Source: a virus (lineage: Duplodnaviria > Caudoviricetes). Taken from it: 59,952 bases of DNA. Positions 1-9,640 of this stretch are shown here, in pieces. Positions within the stretch are counted from its first letter, which is position 1. Each line of letters opens with the position of its first letter. The stretch covers positions 1 through 59,952 of the IMG/VR virus record IMGVR_UViG_3300020280_000003; one strand, 5' to 3'. The notes beneath the pieces were generated by a model. It saw only the letters and a program-made list of their open reading frames with translations. It was not told where the DNA came from and searched no databases. Made by a program: the position numbers and the translations under genes.

Positions 1-1233
1 TTTTCGTGAGGTAACGAGGTCTGAGTATCTGTTTTTAAGTTGTTTGACCATGAGGCGACCCTGTTGTTCCAACTCCTCAGTAGAGATAAGGGCAAACATA
101 AAATCAGCAGTGGCAGGTAGACCAAAAGACTCAGAAGTATCGGTAAGATCTGGATCACTATTGCCAAAACCACTACGAGTAGTCTGAGTGGCACTAACAA
201 TAGGGACCCCAACTTCCACAGCAAGACCACGAAGCTCCTCAGCAATCGCCTTGACATACGTATAACTGTTGACAATAGCACCTTTGTACCTCACACTTGC
301 ACAGATATTAAGATAGTCCACAAAAATAATATGTGGTTTGAAATCTTTCTTCAATTTAAGATCACTCAAGAGTGCCCTAAAATGTCCTGCATGTGCAGAT
401 GCTGTTGGATACTCTTTAATAATAAGTTTGCCCTGAGTCTTACGAGCAATCTCATTGACCTTACTGGTAAACAGAACTTCAGGTAGATCAATGATATCTT
501 TTACAGGAACGTTCAGAAGGTTCGCGTCAATTCGTTCAGCAATCTTTTCCTCTGCCATTTCACATGTAATATAGAGTACGTTGTACCCCTGTGTGAGCGC
601 GGCACTAGCCTGATGGCACATGAATAGAGACTTCCCGACGCCCGTTCCAGCAAGAGCGACATTGAGAGTCTTGTTACTGAGACCACCTTTCGTAATGAAG
701 TTAAACTTATCAAGGTCAAAGGGAATCTTTTCTTCTTTGCGGTGGTAAAATTCATATCTGTCTGTTGCTTGTTCTATGTAATCGTGTCCGATGTGTTCAT
801 CAAACGAAACTGCCAAGGCTTCTTGGAGAATTGAGGGTATCGCATCTCGCGAAATCTTTGGATCGCCTCCGTCTGCGATCTTGATTGATTGCATGAGGGC
901 GAGGTAAATTGCTCGGTCCTTACACCACTTTTCCGTGGCGTCAAGGAGCCACTCGTAGTCAACCCACTCATCGCTGAGTTCTCGTACTGCCTGTACCGAA
1001 TTTTGAAACGCCTCCTCTGTGAGATCGTTGCGATTCTGAAGATTAATCGTAAGAACTTCTTGAGTAGGAACTTTGTCGTACTTACTAGCGAAGTCAGAGA
1101 TCTCTTCGTAAATAATTTTCTCATGATATTCTTGAAAATAATCTGCTTTCAAAAAAGGAACTACCTTACGGTAATACTCCTCGGTAAAGAGGAGATTACG
1201 CAAGATAGTTTGTTCAATACGCTCAGTTGCCAT
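1..1233 (-). CDS. gp41: T4 gp41-like replicative DNA helicase (3' end runs off the window)
   Basis: Hand translation from ATG 1233: [29 protein letters not shown]...; Walker A in [20 protein letters not shown]; follows uvsX. Missing from the ORF track, presumably because its stop lies outside the window. Confidence 0.95.
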   Translation of the reverse strand, partial: MATERIEQTILRNLLFTEEYYRKVVPFLKADYFQEYHEKIIYEEISDFASKYDKVPTQEVLTINLQNRNDLTEEAFQNSVQAVRELSDEWVDYEWLLDATEKWCKDRAIYLALMQSIKIADGGDPKISRDAIPSILQEALAVSFDEHIGHDYIEQATDRYEFYHRKEEKIPFDLDKFNFITKGGLSNKTLNVALAGTGVGKSLFMCHQASAALTQGYNVLYITCEMAEEKIAERIDANLLNVPVKDIIDLPEVLFTSKVNEIARKTQGKLIIKEYPTASAHAGHFRALLSDLKLKKDFKPHIIFVDYLNICASVRYKGAIVNSYTYVKAIAEELRGLAVEVGVPIVSATQTTRSGFGNSDPDLTDTSESFGLPATADFMFALISTEELEQQGRLMVKQLKNRYSDLVTSRK

Positions 1234-2236
1234 AGGAGAATTCCTGCTTTGCTGCCTCTTCAAGTTTTTCCATCACTTCGGGGGTGAAATACTTTTCTGG
1301 ATTAGCGAGTACAGACTTAGGATAAACAGAAGATTCACCAAATTTGATACGATTGCCGACCCGTTTGAAGATTCCGTACTGTTCACCCAGTTCCAGTAGT
1401 CCGTAATACTTGTCAAGTCCACGGTCGTCAAAAAATAGACGAGTCTCAACTTTACTACCCTCCTTGGTTAGACGAGATTTCTTTGCTTCACACTTGATGA
1501 TGTTACCCACCAGTTCAGTGCCATCTTTCTCCTTCTTCTTGCCAAGATAGATGATAGTAGATGCAGCATACTTAAGACCTGTACCGCCTCCCATCTCCTT
1601 TGTGGGGATGTAGGAACCGATCACGTCATAGGTATGGTTTGTGACGATCATAGGGACTTGTGCCTGTCCAAGCTTCAATGTTAGCACACGAAAGGCACCC
1701 TTGATCAACTGACTCTTGGTCATGTCACGAACTTGTTTGTCATTAGCGATGTCTTCCATCTCCTTGGATGTTGAGAGCATACCCAGAGAGTCTAACACGA
1801 ACATCATAGGCACCCGTTCTTCCTTAGGTTCCTTCATATATTTGTCAAGGATCCTACATGCCTGTGTCCTGAACTCCTCAATAGTAGCAACAGGGAACAG
1901 AACCATACGTTGAGAATCAATCCCACGAGACTCAATCATGTCACGGGAAATGGCGGATTCAGTTTCAAAATAAATGACGCCACCTGTAGGATTAGCGTCA
2001 AGGAAATTACGAACGACACTGAGAGCAAAAAAAGTCTTGCCCGTGCTTGATTCTCCTGCCAAGGCAGTAACTTTGTTGGAAGGAAGACCTCCAAACAACG
2101 AACCACTAACCAGGGCGTTAAAGATATAACTGCCAGTGTCAACATAATTAGTAATGTCGCCAGCAGCAACTCCTTCACTAACCAAACCAGCAAATTCGTT
2201 TCCACTTTCTTTAATTACAGAATCTAAGAATCCCAT
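1223..2236 (-). CDS. uvsX: RecA-like recombinase UvsX
   Basis: AGESSTGKT Walker [24 protein letters not shown]; lies between gp43 and gp41. Confidence 0.96.
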   Translation of the reverse strand: MGFLDSVIKESGNEFAGLVSEGVAAGDITNYVDTGSYIFNALVSGSLFGGLPSNKVTALAGESSTGKTFFALSVVRNFLDANPTGGVIYFETESAISRDMIESRGIDSQRMVLFPVATIEEFRTQACRILDKYMKEPKEERVPMMFVLDSLGMLSTSKEMEDIANDKQVRDMTKSQLIKGAFRVLTLKLGQAQVPMIVTNHTYDVIGSYIPTKEMGGGTGLKYAASTIIYLGKKKEKDGTELVGNIIKCEAKKSRLTKEGSKVETRLFFDDRGLDKYYGLLELGEQYGIFKRVGNRIKFGESSVYPKSVLANPEKYFTPEVMEKLEEAAKQEFSYGN

Positions 2237-2400
2237 TGATCTACTGCCTCCTCATAGAAATTAACATAATTATAATCGTTCCGCATTAGTTTGGCAAATG
2301 CCATAGCGGTATTGTAGTCTTCAAAGCACTTAAGGTCTTCGGGACCAACTTGACCCACAACATGGTTAGTCCATGTGACCACAAAGATTTTTTTACTCAC
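2224..2400 (-). CDS. Small hypothetical protein (58 aa)
   Basis: Hand translation [58 protein letters not shown]; GTG start overlaps the gp43 stop (GTGA) and the ORF fills the gap exactly. Confidence 0.75.
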   Translation of the reverse strand: MSKKIFVVTWTNHVVGQVGPEDLKCFEDYNTAMAFAKLMRNDYNYVNFYEEAVDQWDS

Positions 2401-4886
2401 TCAAAGAAACTCCCAATTGACACAGTTTTTTGATGGGTCCAACCAATGCATTGTAGCACATTTTTGAGTGGTTCTAAGAATGATTTTTCAAACTGTGTTT
2501 GGTAATCCACATACTTTTCAATACCAAATTCTTTGGGGACATCACCAAAGAAACTGATACAGTTTTCATGTAATGGATTTGGAGTTTTGAGATACATGAA
2601 CTTGATCTTCTCACCCTCTTGGATGAGTTGATGCTTGTGTTCAATCTTATGCTTTTTGATGTAGTGATTATACAGCAGAGCACCCCTTACGTGGATGGGT
2701 GTTCCTTTCGTATAGATTTCCGTAGGGTGACGGTACTTGGCAAGGTTGTTAACTCCTCTGGGAAAGGCGACTTCCTCGTAGGGTCTTTCTCGTGTCTCTG
2801 TTCTAACATCATTGATGAAATTGATAAGTTCATCATTTGTCTTGCCGATAATAATCTTAAACGCTGCATACAACTTGTCTCTAAAATACGCAGGAGTAGA
2901 GCTCCTTGCGGTTTCAAGACCCATGATCTTCATCTTGGGTTCCTTGTATCTAACACCCTCACTGTCCCACACGTTTAGAATGTAACGTTTTTTTGCAGTC
3001 CAGATGCCACGGTCTGCAATGTTCTCACGCTTCATTTGCATCTTTTGGTCATACGCCGAAACGTAATCCGCAAGTTCTTGATATGAACGTTCAATAAAAG
3101 GTTCCAGTTTCTCTTGGCAGATCTTGTCAAGTATAGTAACAACTGCTGCTTTGTCGCCAGACTTATTACCAAAAAATTTATTAACAAGAGGTCCAAGATT
3201 AAGATAGATTGAGTCGGTATCGCTAGCGATGACATAATCCTCCTTATCTGTGGAGAGCAGTTTATTTAGGTATTGATTCATACGGTTCTCAATCCAACGG
3301 ATTGAGACCTGTCCAGACAAGGTAATTGCTTCTGCATTAGCGAGACGGTAATAGCGGAAGTGCTCATTCCCAATAGCACCATAAGCACTGTTGAGAGAGA
3401 TCTTCTTCGCCATCTGGATGTTGTTGTATCGGGCGATTTCTTTTGTGAGTTCAATAGTTGGTGTCTTCTCGTACTGTTTCTTCGCTTCAATCATCTTCTT
3501 CTTGAAAATGACACGACTGTCATACATCTTCTTCATCATCTGAGGAAGAAACCCGTCCTTATCTTTACGGTACTGTGCGCCATTGGCACACACAGCAAAC
3601 TCTCCGTCAATCTCTACTTGCTTCTCAAGTATCTTATCAACGGTGACCGATGAATGTCTGGCATCATGTAGCGTTTCTGGGGAGATATTGTACTGCATAA
3701 TAAGGTGAGGATACAGGCTGTTAAGGTCAAAACTAACAACCCAATCATAGAATCCTGGTTTCGGTTCCTTAACATATGCGCCCGCATACTTAGCATCTTT
3801 GGTTGCTTCTTTCTTAGGAGGAATTGCAATCTTCCTCTTTAGAAGTTCCACATAGATGTAGTTATCCCACATACGAACCTGACTAAACACATCTTCATAA
3901 TTCACCTTGGCATCATATGCCATAGTGAATGCGAGTTCAATCAATTTCATCTTGTCATCCAGTCTATCAACCAGACGAACGTCATGAATATTATACTCAA
4001 TAAACTTTTGCCAATCGTTCTCGTAAAACTCTTTGAACGTATCGTACTCAGAGTGATCTAACTTTTTTTGTCCGAGTTCAACGAAGGCGATATGATCCAA
4101 TCGGTAAGATTCCTGATTGGTGTAAGTAAATTTCCTGTAGAGGTCAAAATAATCCAGAGTAGAAATTCCTGGAAGATCATAAGCGATCTGTTTTCTTCCT
4201 TTAATGACAATCTCGCGAGAAGAAATAAGCTTCCAAGGGCTAAGAGTCTTAGTAAACTTCTCACCAAGGATCCTATCAATACGCCTAGCAATATAGGGAA
4301 TATCAAACAACTGAACATTCCAACCTGTAACAACATCAGGACAGTTTTCATTCCAATACTGGAGGAATGCCATTAGCATGGTCTCCTCAGAACGGAAATG
4401 CATGTAATCAACCATAGAATCTTTGTTGTCAAATGGACGAGCTCCAAAGACAACAATGCGACCAGTATATGAGTCTTTAATACTGATCGCTAGAATTTCC
4501 TGGTCTGCAGTTTCAATGTTGGGGAATCCGTTTTCTGCTGCAGTCTCAATGTCAATAGTAAATACACGAATCTTAGAAACGTCATAACGAATCTCTTCTT
4601 CGGGGTGCTCTTGAGCAATGTATTGATACAGATACCTGCTGTTTCCGTAGATAGGAAACTCCTCAACTTCTTTATACTTTTTGATGAACTCTTTCGCTTC
4701 ATTGATAGAACCCATGTTAATAGGTTCTACGCAGTCACCTTCTAGTGTCCTCCACTCAGAATAATTCTTTGTAGGGACATACAGGGTGGGACTAAAAGGC
4801 ACCCTGTATGAAAAAGGTTGACCACCTTCATAACCACGGACCAGCAGGCGGTTGCCTGCCTGTTCAACATTAGTATAAAACTTCAT
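2397..4886 (-). CDS. gp43: Family B DNA polymerase
   Basis: Exo motif DIET; polymerase motifs SFDLNSLYP, KISLNSAYG, SDTDS; C-terminal clamp-binding-like SIGSFF. Confidence 0.98.
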   Translation of the reverse strand: MKFYTNVEQAGNRLLVRGYEGGQPFSYRVPFSPTLYVPTKNYSEWRTLEGDCVEPINMGSINEAKEFIKKYKEVEEFPIYGNSRYLYQYIAQEHPEEEIRYDVSKIRVFTIDIETAAENGFPNIETADQEILAISIKDSYTGRIVVFGARPFDNKDSMVDYMHFRSEETMLMAFLQYWNENCPDVVTGWNVQLFDIPYIARRIDRILGEKFTKTLSPWKLISSREIVIKGRKQIAYDLPGISTLDYFDLYRKFTYTNQESYRLDHIAFVELGQKKLDHSEYDTFKEFYENDWQKFIEYNIHDVRLVDRLDDKMKLIELAFTMAYDAKVNYEDVFSQVRMWDNYIYVELLKRKIAIPPKKEATKDAKYAGAYVKEPKPGFYDWVVSFDLNSLYPHLIMQYNISPETLHDARHSSVTVDKILEKQVEIDGEFAVCANGAQYRKDKDGFLPQMMKKMYDSRVIFKKKMIEAKKQYEKTPTIELTKEIARYNNIQMAKKISLNSAYGAIGNEHFRYYRLANAEAITLSGQVSIRWIENRMNQYLNKLLSTDKEDYVIASDTDSIYLNLGPLVNKFFGNKSGDKAAVVTILDKICQEKLEPFIERSYQELADYVSAYDQKMQMKRENIADRGIWTAKKRYILNVWDSEGVRYKEPKMKIMGLETARSSTPAYFRDKLYAAFKIIIGKTNDELINFINDVRTETRERPYEEVAFPRGVNNLAKYRHPTEIYTKGTPIHVRGALLYNHYIKKHKIEHKHQLIQEGEKIKFMYLKTPNPLHENCISFFGDVPKEFGIEKYVDYQTQFEKSFLEPLKNVLQCIGWTHQKTVSIGSFFE

Positions 4887-5188
4887 TCAGTAAGCAGTGC
4901 GGGTTTACCGCCATAGTAAAGAGTAATGAAATCACTACTCGGGTCAACAAACGTAATTATATCAGAAGATCTGACAACTGCCTCCTTTTTAGTGGCAAAG
5001 GGGAGCCAGTCTTTCAACTGGTCCCCATCAATCAACTTAGGTTCAACCAAGATACAGTCAGGATCTCCGAAGGTTACACCTTCAATTTCTTCAACTTGCG
5101 CTACTAGCCACTGGTCCTTCAGTAACAGCACTTTCAGTAGGTTCTCCAACGATATTATCTCCATTATTAGGTAGGAAGGAGCAGTCAA
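4883..5188 (-). CDS. Hypothetical protein, possible Sm-like fold (true start probably TTG 5149)
   Basis: ORF coupled to the gp43 start; beta-rich pattern LLLKDQWLVAQVEEIEG...DCILVEP...WLPF. Confidence 0.7.
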   Translation of the reverse strand: MTAPSYLIMEIISLENLLKVLLLKDQWLVAQVEEIEGVTFGDPDCILVEPKLIDGDQLKDWLPFATKKEAVVRSSDIITFVDPSSDFITLYYGGKPALLTE

Positions 5189-5492
5189 CGCCTGCTTCTT
5201 TCAGTTTGCTTACATAGTTATCAAGAATTTCTTGAGAGGGTGGCATTGCAGTGATAACTGACTGGGGAGACACCCGATGATCTTCGTAAGGTGTGAAGGG
5301 ATTCCACCTACGATAGGTTACATTAAAAGAATCTGGGTTTGCAGGATCTTGAGAGAGTGTCAGAGACAGTGGATAAAGCAATTGATATGCAATGAACTTT
5401 TCCTCTTCACGTACTTGAGTAAAATTACAAATTACGTGCTCGCCTGTCATCAAATGAATAATGCGAACGTTGTGATCAATTGTAGTAGACAT
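5091..5492 (-). CDS. Hypothetical protein, possible Sm-like fold
   Basis: IIHLMTGEHVIC...RWNPFT pattern; sits behind its own sigma70-like promoter. Confidence 0.75.
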   Translation of the reverse strand: MSTTIDHNVRIIHLMTGEHVICNFTQVREEEKFIAYQLLYPLSLTLSQDPANPDSFNVTYRRWNPFTPYEDHRVSPQSVITAMPPSQEILDNYVSKLKEAGVDCSFLPNNGDNIVGEPTESAVTEGPVASSAS

Positions 5493-5511
5493 AGCTTAAA
5501 ACGTTTTTAAC

Positions 5512-5540
5512 AGTATAACAAGTAAAAAGGGGACCGTCAA
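5512..5540 (-). promoter_or_regulatory. Sigma70-type promoter TTGACG-N17-TATACT
   Basis: -35 at 5535-5540 and -10 at 5512-5517 on the minus strand, 17-nt spacer, upstream of the 5492 ORF and gp43. Confidence 0.8.
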
Positions 5541-5546
5541 GTCCCC
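5524..5546 (-). terminator. Rho-independent terminator after hsp20
   Basis: GGGGAC-TTGACG-GTCCCC-TTTTT. Confidence 0.8.
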
Positions 5547-5553
5547 GTGATAT

Positions 5554-5958
5554 TTAGAACCATTTTTTTCTCTTCTGATGCTCGGGAAGTTCTTTCCTGA
5601 GCACAATGGTCAAGAGACCATCAACATATGATACATCTTCTATCTCTACATCATCTGACATCTGCCAGTTTCGTGAAAATGTTTTGTATGAGATACCTCT
5701 ATGTGTATAATCTCTTTCTTTTTCTTCTGGACTCTTGCGAGCAGAAACAGTCAGAACATTCCGTTCTGTCTCAACCTCAATATCTCCTGCTGAAAATCCA
5801 GCAAGAGCGATTTCCAAACTGGTTCTACCATCAGGTCCATTAACGATGTTGTAAGGAGGGTAATTCTTTCCACCTCCTGCGAGAGCTTCAAGTCTGCTGA
5901 ATGTTTCATTGAATCCGATTGAATATGGGGTATAGGTTTCCCATTGAAAGTCTACCAT
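5554..5958 (-). CDS. hsp20: Small heat shock protein (Hsp20/IbpA family)
   Basis: NYPPYNIV, EIALAGF, HRGIS, DGLLTIVL; likely start MVDFQW at 5958 after a GAGGA RBS (ORF track starts at 5997). Confidence 0.93.
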   Translation of the reverse strand: MVDFQWETYTPYSIGFNETFSRLEALAGGGKNYPPYNIVNGPDGRTSLEIALAGFSAGDIEVETERNVLTVSARKSPEEKERDYTHRGISYKTFSRNWQMSDDVEIEDVSYVDGLLTIVLRKELPEHQKRKKWF

Positions 5959-6016
5959 GATTGTGTCCTCGTAAGCAACAGTAATTGTATGACCCATACG
6001 GCATCATACTTGGCGT

Positions 6017-6036
6017 AAAAGGGGGACCGTAGCCCC
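6017..6036 (-). terminator. Terminator-like hairpin in the hsp20 leader
   Basis: GGGGC-TACG-GTCCC then CCTTTT; C(UACG)G tetraloop. Confidence 0.55.
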
Positions 6037-6055
6037 ACACCTCTTACAGTACTAA

Positions 6056-6784
6056 TTATAAGTCCGAGAACCTCTTTGCCAACAGAATAATATTCTGGTT
6101 TTCCGAATCTTTTATACGGTTTTCATTAATATAATCTATAGTGTGTTGGGTAAACATATCAAATGCTACGGAAAACCGTAACTCACCTGTAGTATTTGGA
6201 TCTACTTTATGTTCTAACCACGAAGGAAACAATGTGAGTGACCCTTTTTTATTTTGAGATTTCCACCAACCAAAATATAGACTGAGATTTGGAAACCAAT
6301 AGTCTGTAGTAGTACCTAAATCTGACAGTGATAGATTACCACTCAAAAAAGTATTCTCATGAAAAGAATGAGAATGAAATTCTATCTCTTGATGTTCTTC
6401 TAAAACTACTGCCCAACCACGAATCCATAATTTATCTTTTGACAGGGGTTCTTTATTCATTCCCCTAATAAAAGTCATGTAAGAATTATATACTTGGTCG
6501 GCAAGTATTTTTATTTCTTTATTTTTCCAGTCAAAAATATTATAGTTAGACCACTGTCTCTGGTATGTTTTTCCTGCACCATCTATCTTCTGTAATTCAA
6601 ATCCAGCTTCTCTTTTCTCTATAATCTTTACAAGGTTATCGGAGAGTTCTTCTGAATATTTGTCAGTATAGATTGGTATGTCAAATTGAGGAGCAAACAT
6701 AGTGTTGCCCCTCCAACTTTTCCATCTATTCAAGTTTCTATTTGACGAAGGAATTTTAGATGGATGTGTATCTAATAAATTCAT
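6056..6784 (-). CDS. Putative 2OG-Fe(II) oxygenase (HxH...FPSWLxHxV type)
   Basis: WAVV...FHSH...LSGNL...LTLFPSWLEHKVDPN...RFSVAFD. Confidence 0.8.
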   Translation of the reverse strand: MNLLDTHPSKIPSSNRNLNRWKSWRGNTMFAPQFDIPIYTDKYSEELSDNLVKIIEKREAGFELQKIDGAGKTYQRQWSNYNIFDWKNKEIKILADQVYNSYMTFIRGMNKEPLSKDKLWIRGWAVVLEEHQEIEFHSHSFHENTFLSGNLSLSDLGTTTDYWFPNLSLYFGWWKSQNKKGSLTLFPSWLEHKVDPNTTGELRFSVAFDMFTQHTIDYINENRIKDSENQNIILLAKRFSDL

Positions 6785-7206
6785 TCTTCAGCAGTCTTCT
6801 TTCTGCCAATATTATACTTAGATTCTAAAGTCCACTCTTCCTTATCACGGAAAGCAAGAACTTTAATTTGATTTAATGGTGCTAGATCTTGAATTTTTTC
6901 AGGAACAACAATAGAAATCAATCCCCAATCAGATAACAATTGAGCGATTCTATTTCTTCTCTGTAAATCATTCAAAGAAAAATTTGTATTCTTTCCATCA
7001 AGAGCAAACAACTCTTTAAAATGAACAATATAATACTTACCTTGCTTATGAAGGATATGACAAGACTGGTAGATCTTTCTTTCTTTACGTGATGCTACAC
7101 CAATTCTTGTTAGTGTTTCTCTCACTTTTAGAAAGTCATCGGGTTCACTAAGAACCACCTCCACCATGTCCGCCTGTTTCCACTGGACTTCAGTCTCACC
7201 GCTCAT
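6781..7206 (-). CDS. regA: Translational repressor RegA
   Basis: DDFLKVRETLTRIGVAS, QSCHILHKQGKYYIVHFKELFALDG. Confidence 0.97.
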   Translation of the reverse strand: MSGETEVQWKQADMVEVVLSEPDDFLKVRETLTRIGVASRKERKIYQSCHILHKQGKYYIVHFKELFALDGKNTNFSLNDLQRRNRIAQLLSDWGLISIVVPEKIQDLAPLNQIKVLAFRDKEEWTLESKYNIGRKKTAEE

Positions 7207-7588
7207 GTTTACCACCTTTGCTCAATGCCTTTTTAATATGATCTAACTGATCCTTGGTGAGAATCCTGAGAGCTTGGAGTGCTTTATCGTCATTATAACC
7301 ATAATACTCTTTGACTAACTCAAGATAATCAATAGAATCTTTACGTGCCCATGGAGAGAAACGTTTCCTGGGCTTCACACTATTTATAAAAAAGTCATAT
7401 TGCATCTTCTTTGGTAGACCTGGGTTCTTATTCATCTCATTGGCATAAAGAACCGTGTCAGTGAAAGAAGAGAGGCACCTGTTAATAATGTAAGGAGGAT
7501 ACCCTCGCTCAGCATCAATATCATCATTGAGAATATTCTTTTTAGATTGATTGATTGAGTAAAGGTAATCCTTCAGTTGGTATGACAT
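7196..7588 (-). CDS. gp62: Clamp loader small subunit
   Basis: YPPYIINRCLS...ANEMN...QYDFFINSVKPRKRFSPW; lies upstream of regA. Confidence 0.93.
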   Translation of the reverse strand: MSYQLKDYLYSINQSKKNILNDDIDAERGYPPYIINRCLSSFTDTVLYANEMNKNPGLPKKMQYDFFINSVKPRKRFSPWARKDSIDYLELVKEYYGYNDDKALQALRILTKDQLDHIKKALSKGGKHER

Positions 7589-7728
7589 TAAAATTTAGCA
7601 GTAACTCCGACAATTTTTGCATTAGGGTTGCGAGCGAGAGCAACCTGACGTGCTTCTTGGTAGTCGCGAGCGTATACCTCTTCCTTGAAGACGGTGCCTG
7701 CGACGTAGAGGGTGACTTCACACTTCAT
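7588..7728 (-). CDS. Small hypothetical protein (46 aa)
   Basis: Hand translation MKCEVTLYVAGTVFKEEVYARDYQEARQVALARNPNAKIVGVTAKF; TAATG coupling to gp62. Confidence 0.8.
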   Translation of the reverse strand: MKCEVTLYVAGTVFKEEVYARDYQEARQVALARNPNAKIVGVTAKF

Positions 7729-8557
7729 AATTCATTAGCACTAGTTCGTGCCGCTTTGCTTGATCTGTATTATAGGACCCCACAGAGCGCATGGTGTAAG
7801 TGTGTGCAAATTCTGCAACTGTCCACTCTTGAAACCGATCTCGGATCAGTTGCGACGAATTGTAAGATATAAGTTGAGGACCGATAAAACGGTCACAAAT
7901 AGTAGCAAACCCATCATGGTCAAATCCTTTGTGCATGTTTCCACGCTTACCATATAGATTTGATCCGATCTCGTAGGGGGGATCAAGGTATGTGAAGACA
8001 GACCTGTCGTCGGTAAGGAGCTCTTGGTAGCGACCATTTGTAATCTTCCAATTTTGAATTAGTTGCGTATATCCAGGGAGTTTCTCAATTCCACGCATTG
8101 AGAAATTGGAATCAGACGCTTGTTTACTGAACGAGGAGGACTCAGTGAGACCAGAAAAAGAGCACTTGTTAATAATGTAGAAAGCACAAGCGCGATGTAG
8201 ATGGGATACGGTAGGGTCATTTACTAACTCCTTTGCTTCTAAAAATAATCCCTTTGCAGATGCTTGATCTGGATACCTAGACTTTAGTTCTTGTAAACGT
8301 TTGTACAAAGCATGACCATCATCTTGCAGTGTCTTCCAAAAATTAGTCAACGGTTCATACAAATCGTTGACCCAGATATTTAATTTAGGGTAACGCTTAG
8401 TAACCTCAATGGCGACACTGCCACCACCGAGGAATGGTTCACGATACTCTGTTACCTGGGAAAGGTCTGGGAGGAATCGGAACAGGTTTGCCAGCGCCCT
8501 GCTTTTGCCCCCTGGGTAGCGGAGCGGTGTCTTCAGTGATTTCAAAGTTTGGGGCAT
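7718..8557 (-). CDS. dam: DNA adenine methyltransferase (Dam/D12 class)
   Basis: LRYPGGKS, YREPFLGGGS, YLDPPY; likely start MPQTLK at 8557 (ORF track starts at 8575). Confidence 0.93.
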   Translation of the reverse strand: MPQTLKSLKTPLRYPGGKSRALANLFRFLPDLSQVTEYREPFLGGGSVAIEVTKRYPKLNIWVNDLYEPLTNFWKTLQDDGHALYKRLQELKSRYPDQASAKGLFLEAKELVNDPTVSHLHRACAFYIINKCSFSGLTESSSFSKQASDSNFSMRGIEKLPGYTQLIQNWKITNGRYQELLTDDRSVFTYLDPPYEIGSNLYGKRGNMHKGFDHDGFATICDRFIGPQLISYNSSQLIRDRFQEWTVAEFAHTYTMRSVGSYNTDQAKRHELVLMNYEV

Positions 8558-8735
8558 TGTACTTAAGATATTCAAAGAATGTCATTTTTAACTCCTTCTG
8601 TGTCATACCGCAGTGTGCAGCTGCAGCAGGTAGATTCATTGTAGCATGAAAAAGACCTTCGTGCGCTTCTTTGACATTTTGGGGAGTTGTCTTTTTTACT
8701 TGAATTCGCAACTCATCATTACTTCTGTTAGACAT
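8439..8735 (-). CDS. Hypothetical protein, HTH-like core, overlapping the dam 5' end
   Basis: KKTTPQNVKEAHEGLFHATMNLPAAAAHCGMTQKELKMTFFEYLK fills the gp44-dam gap; start position uncertain. Confidence 0.6.
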   Translation of the reverse strand: MSNRSNDELRIQVKKTTPQNVKEAHEGLFHATMNLPAAAAHCGMTQKELKMTFFEYLKYNAPNFEITEDTAPLPRGQKQGAGKPVPIPPRPFPGNRVS

Positions 8736-9640
8736 GCTAGTAAATTAACCTCTTGATCAGGAACAATAGGAATACTGTTCATATACTTGGCGATGATAAG
8801 AACTGCTTCAGGAATAGAAGCAGGTTTGAGAACTCCATACAAACTGTCATAGATCTTACGCATCACCATCGTAGGATCATTGTCCATGTGTTGAACAACC
8901 CAGTTCTTGACGTTAGTAAACTCCTTCTTCTTGAGAGAACTCAGAAGAGTGTCAAGATTAACATCAGCGACATCCACGAGAATAGCAGAAGTAATACTTC
9001 CAGTAGCGGCATACCGCTGGCACTCATTAATAAGCCTGCGCCAATCGGGATAATAACGCTTAGTAAGTTTAGCGAGAACTTTATCTTCATACTGAATCTG
9101 CTCGTGATCTAGAATAGTTTTCAGACGAGTAAAGAACTCACCTTGAAGTTGCACTGCTTGCTCTGGTTTGATACGAAAGTCAACTACAGTGCAGCGAGAA
9201 TGCAGTGGTTCAATAATCTTATTGATGAAGTTGCAAGTAAAAATGAAACGGCAGTTGCTATGGAACTCCTCCACAGCGGTCCTGAGGGACAGTTGCACGT
9301 CGTTAGTGGTGTTGTCTGCCTCGTCAATGATAACGACCTTGTGAGACGCTCCAGAGGTCAGAGAGACCGTTGTGGCAAACTGCCTCACACGGTTCCTCAC
9401 GGTGTCTAGGAAACGTCCTTCGTCTGATCCGTTGATCACGATGTAAGAGGCACCAATCTCCTCACACAGCGCCTTAGCGATGGTGGTCTTGCCCACTCCT
9501 GCAGTGCCACTCAGCAGCAGGTTAGGCAATTCGCCCTGGTTGACAAAACCCTGAAACACCTCTTTGATGCTTGCAGGAAGAATGCAATCTTCAACAATGT
9601 TAGGGCGGTATTTCTCCACCCACAAAAATTCTTTACTCAT
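8696..9640 (-). CDS. gp44: Clamp loader large subunit (AAA+)
   Basis: LWVEKYRP, GTAGVGKTT, IIDEAD, SRC motif. Confidence 0.97.
   Translation of the reverse strand: MSKEFLWVEKYRPNIVEDCILPASIKEVFQGFVNQGELPNLLLSGTAGVGKTTIAKALCEEIGASYIVINGSDEGRFLDTVRNRVRQFATTVSLTSGASHKVVIIDEADNTTNDVQLSLRTAVEEFHSNCRFIFTCNFINKIIEPLHSRCTVVDFRIKPEQAVQLQGEFFTRLKTILDHEQIQYEDKVLAKLTKRYYPDWRRLINECQRYAATGSITSAILVDVADVNLDTLLSSLKKKEFTNVKNWVVQHMDNDPTMVMRKIYDSLYGVLKPASIPEAVLIIAKYMNSIPIVPDQEVNLLACLTEVMMSCEFK

Noticed and set aside
513-1287. ORF-track calls 513-755, 774-1124 and 889-1287
   Set aside because: These are shadow frames of the gp41 helicase, which occupies 1-1233 on the minus strand.
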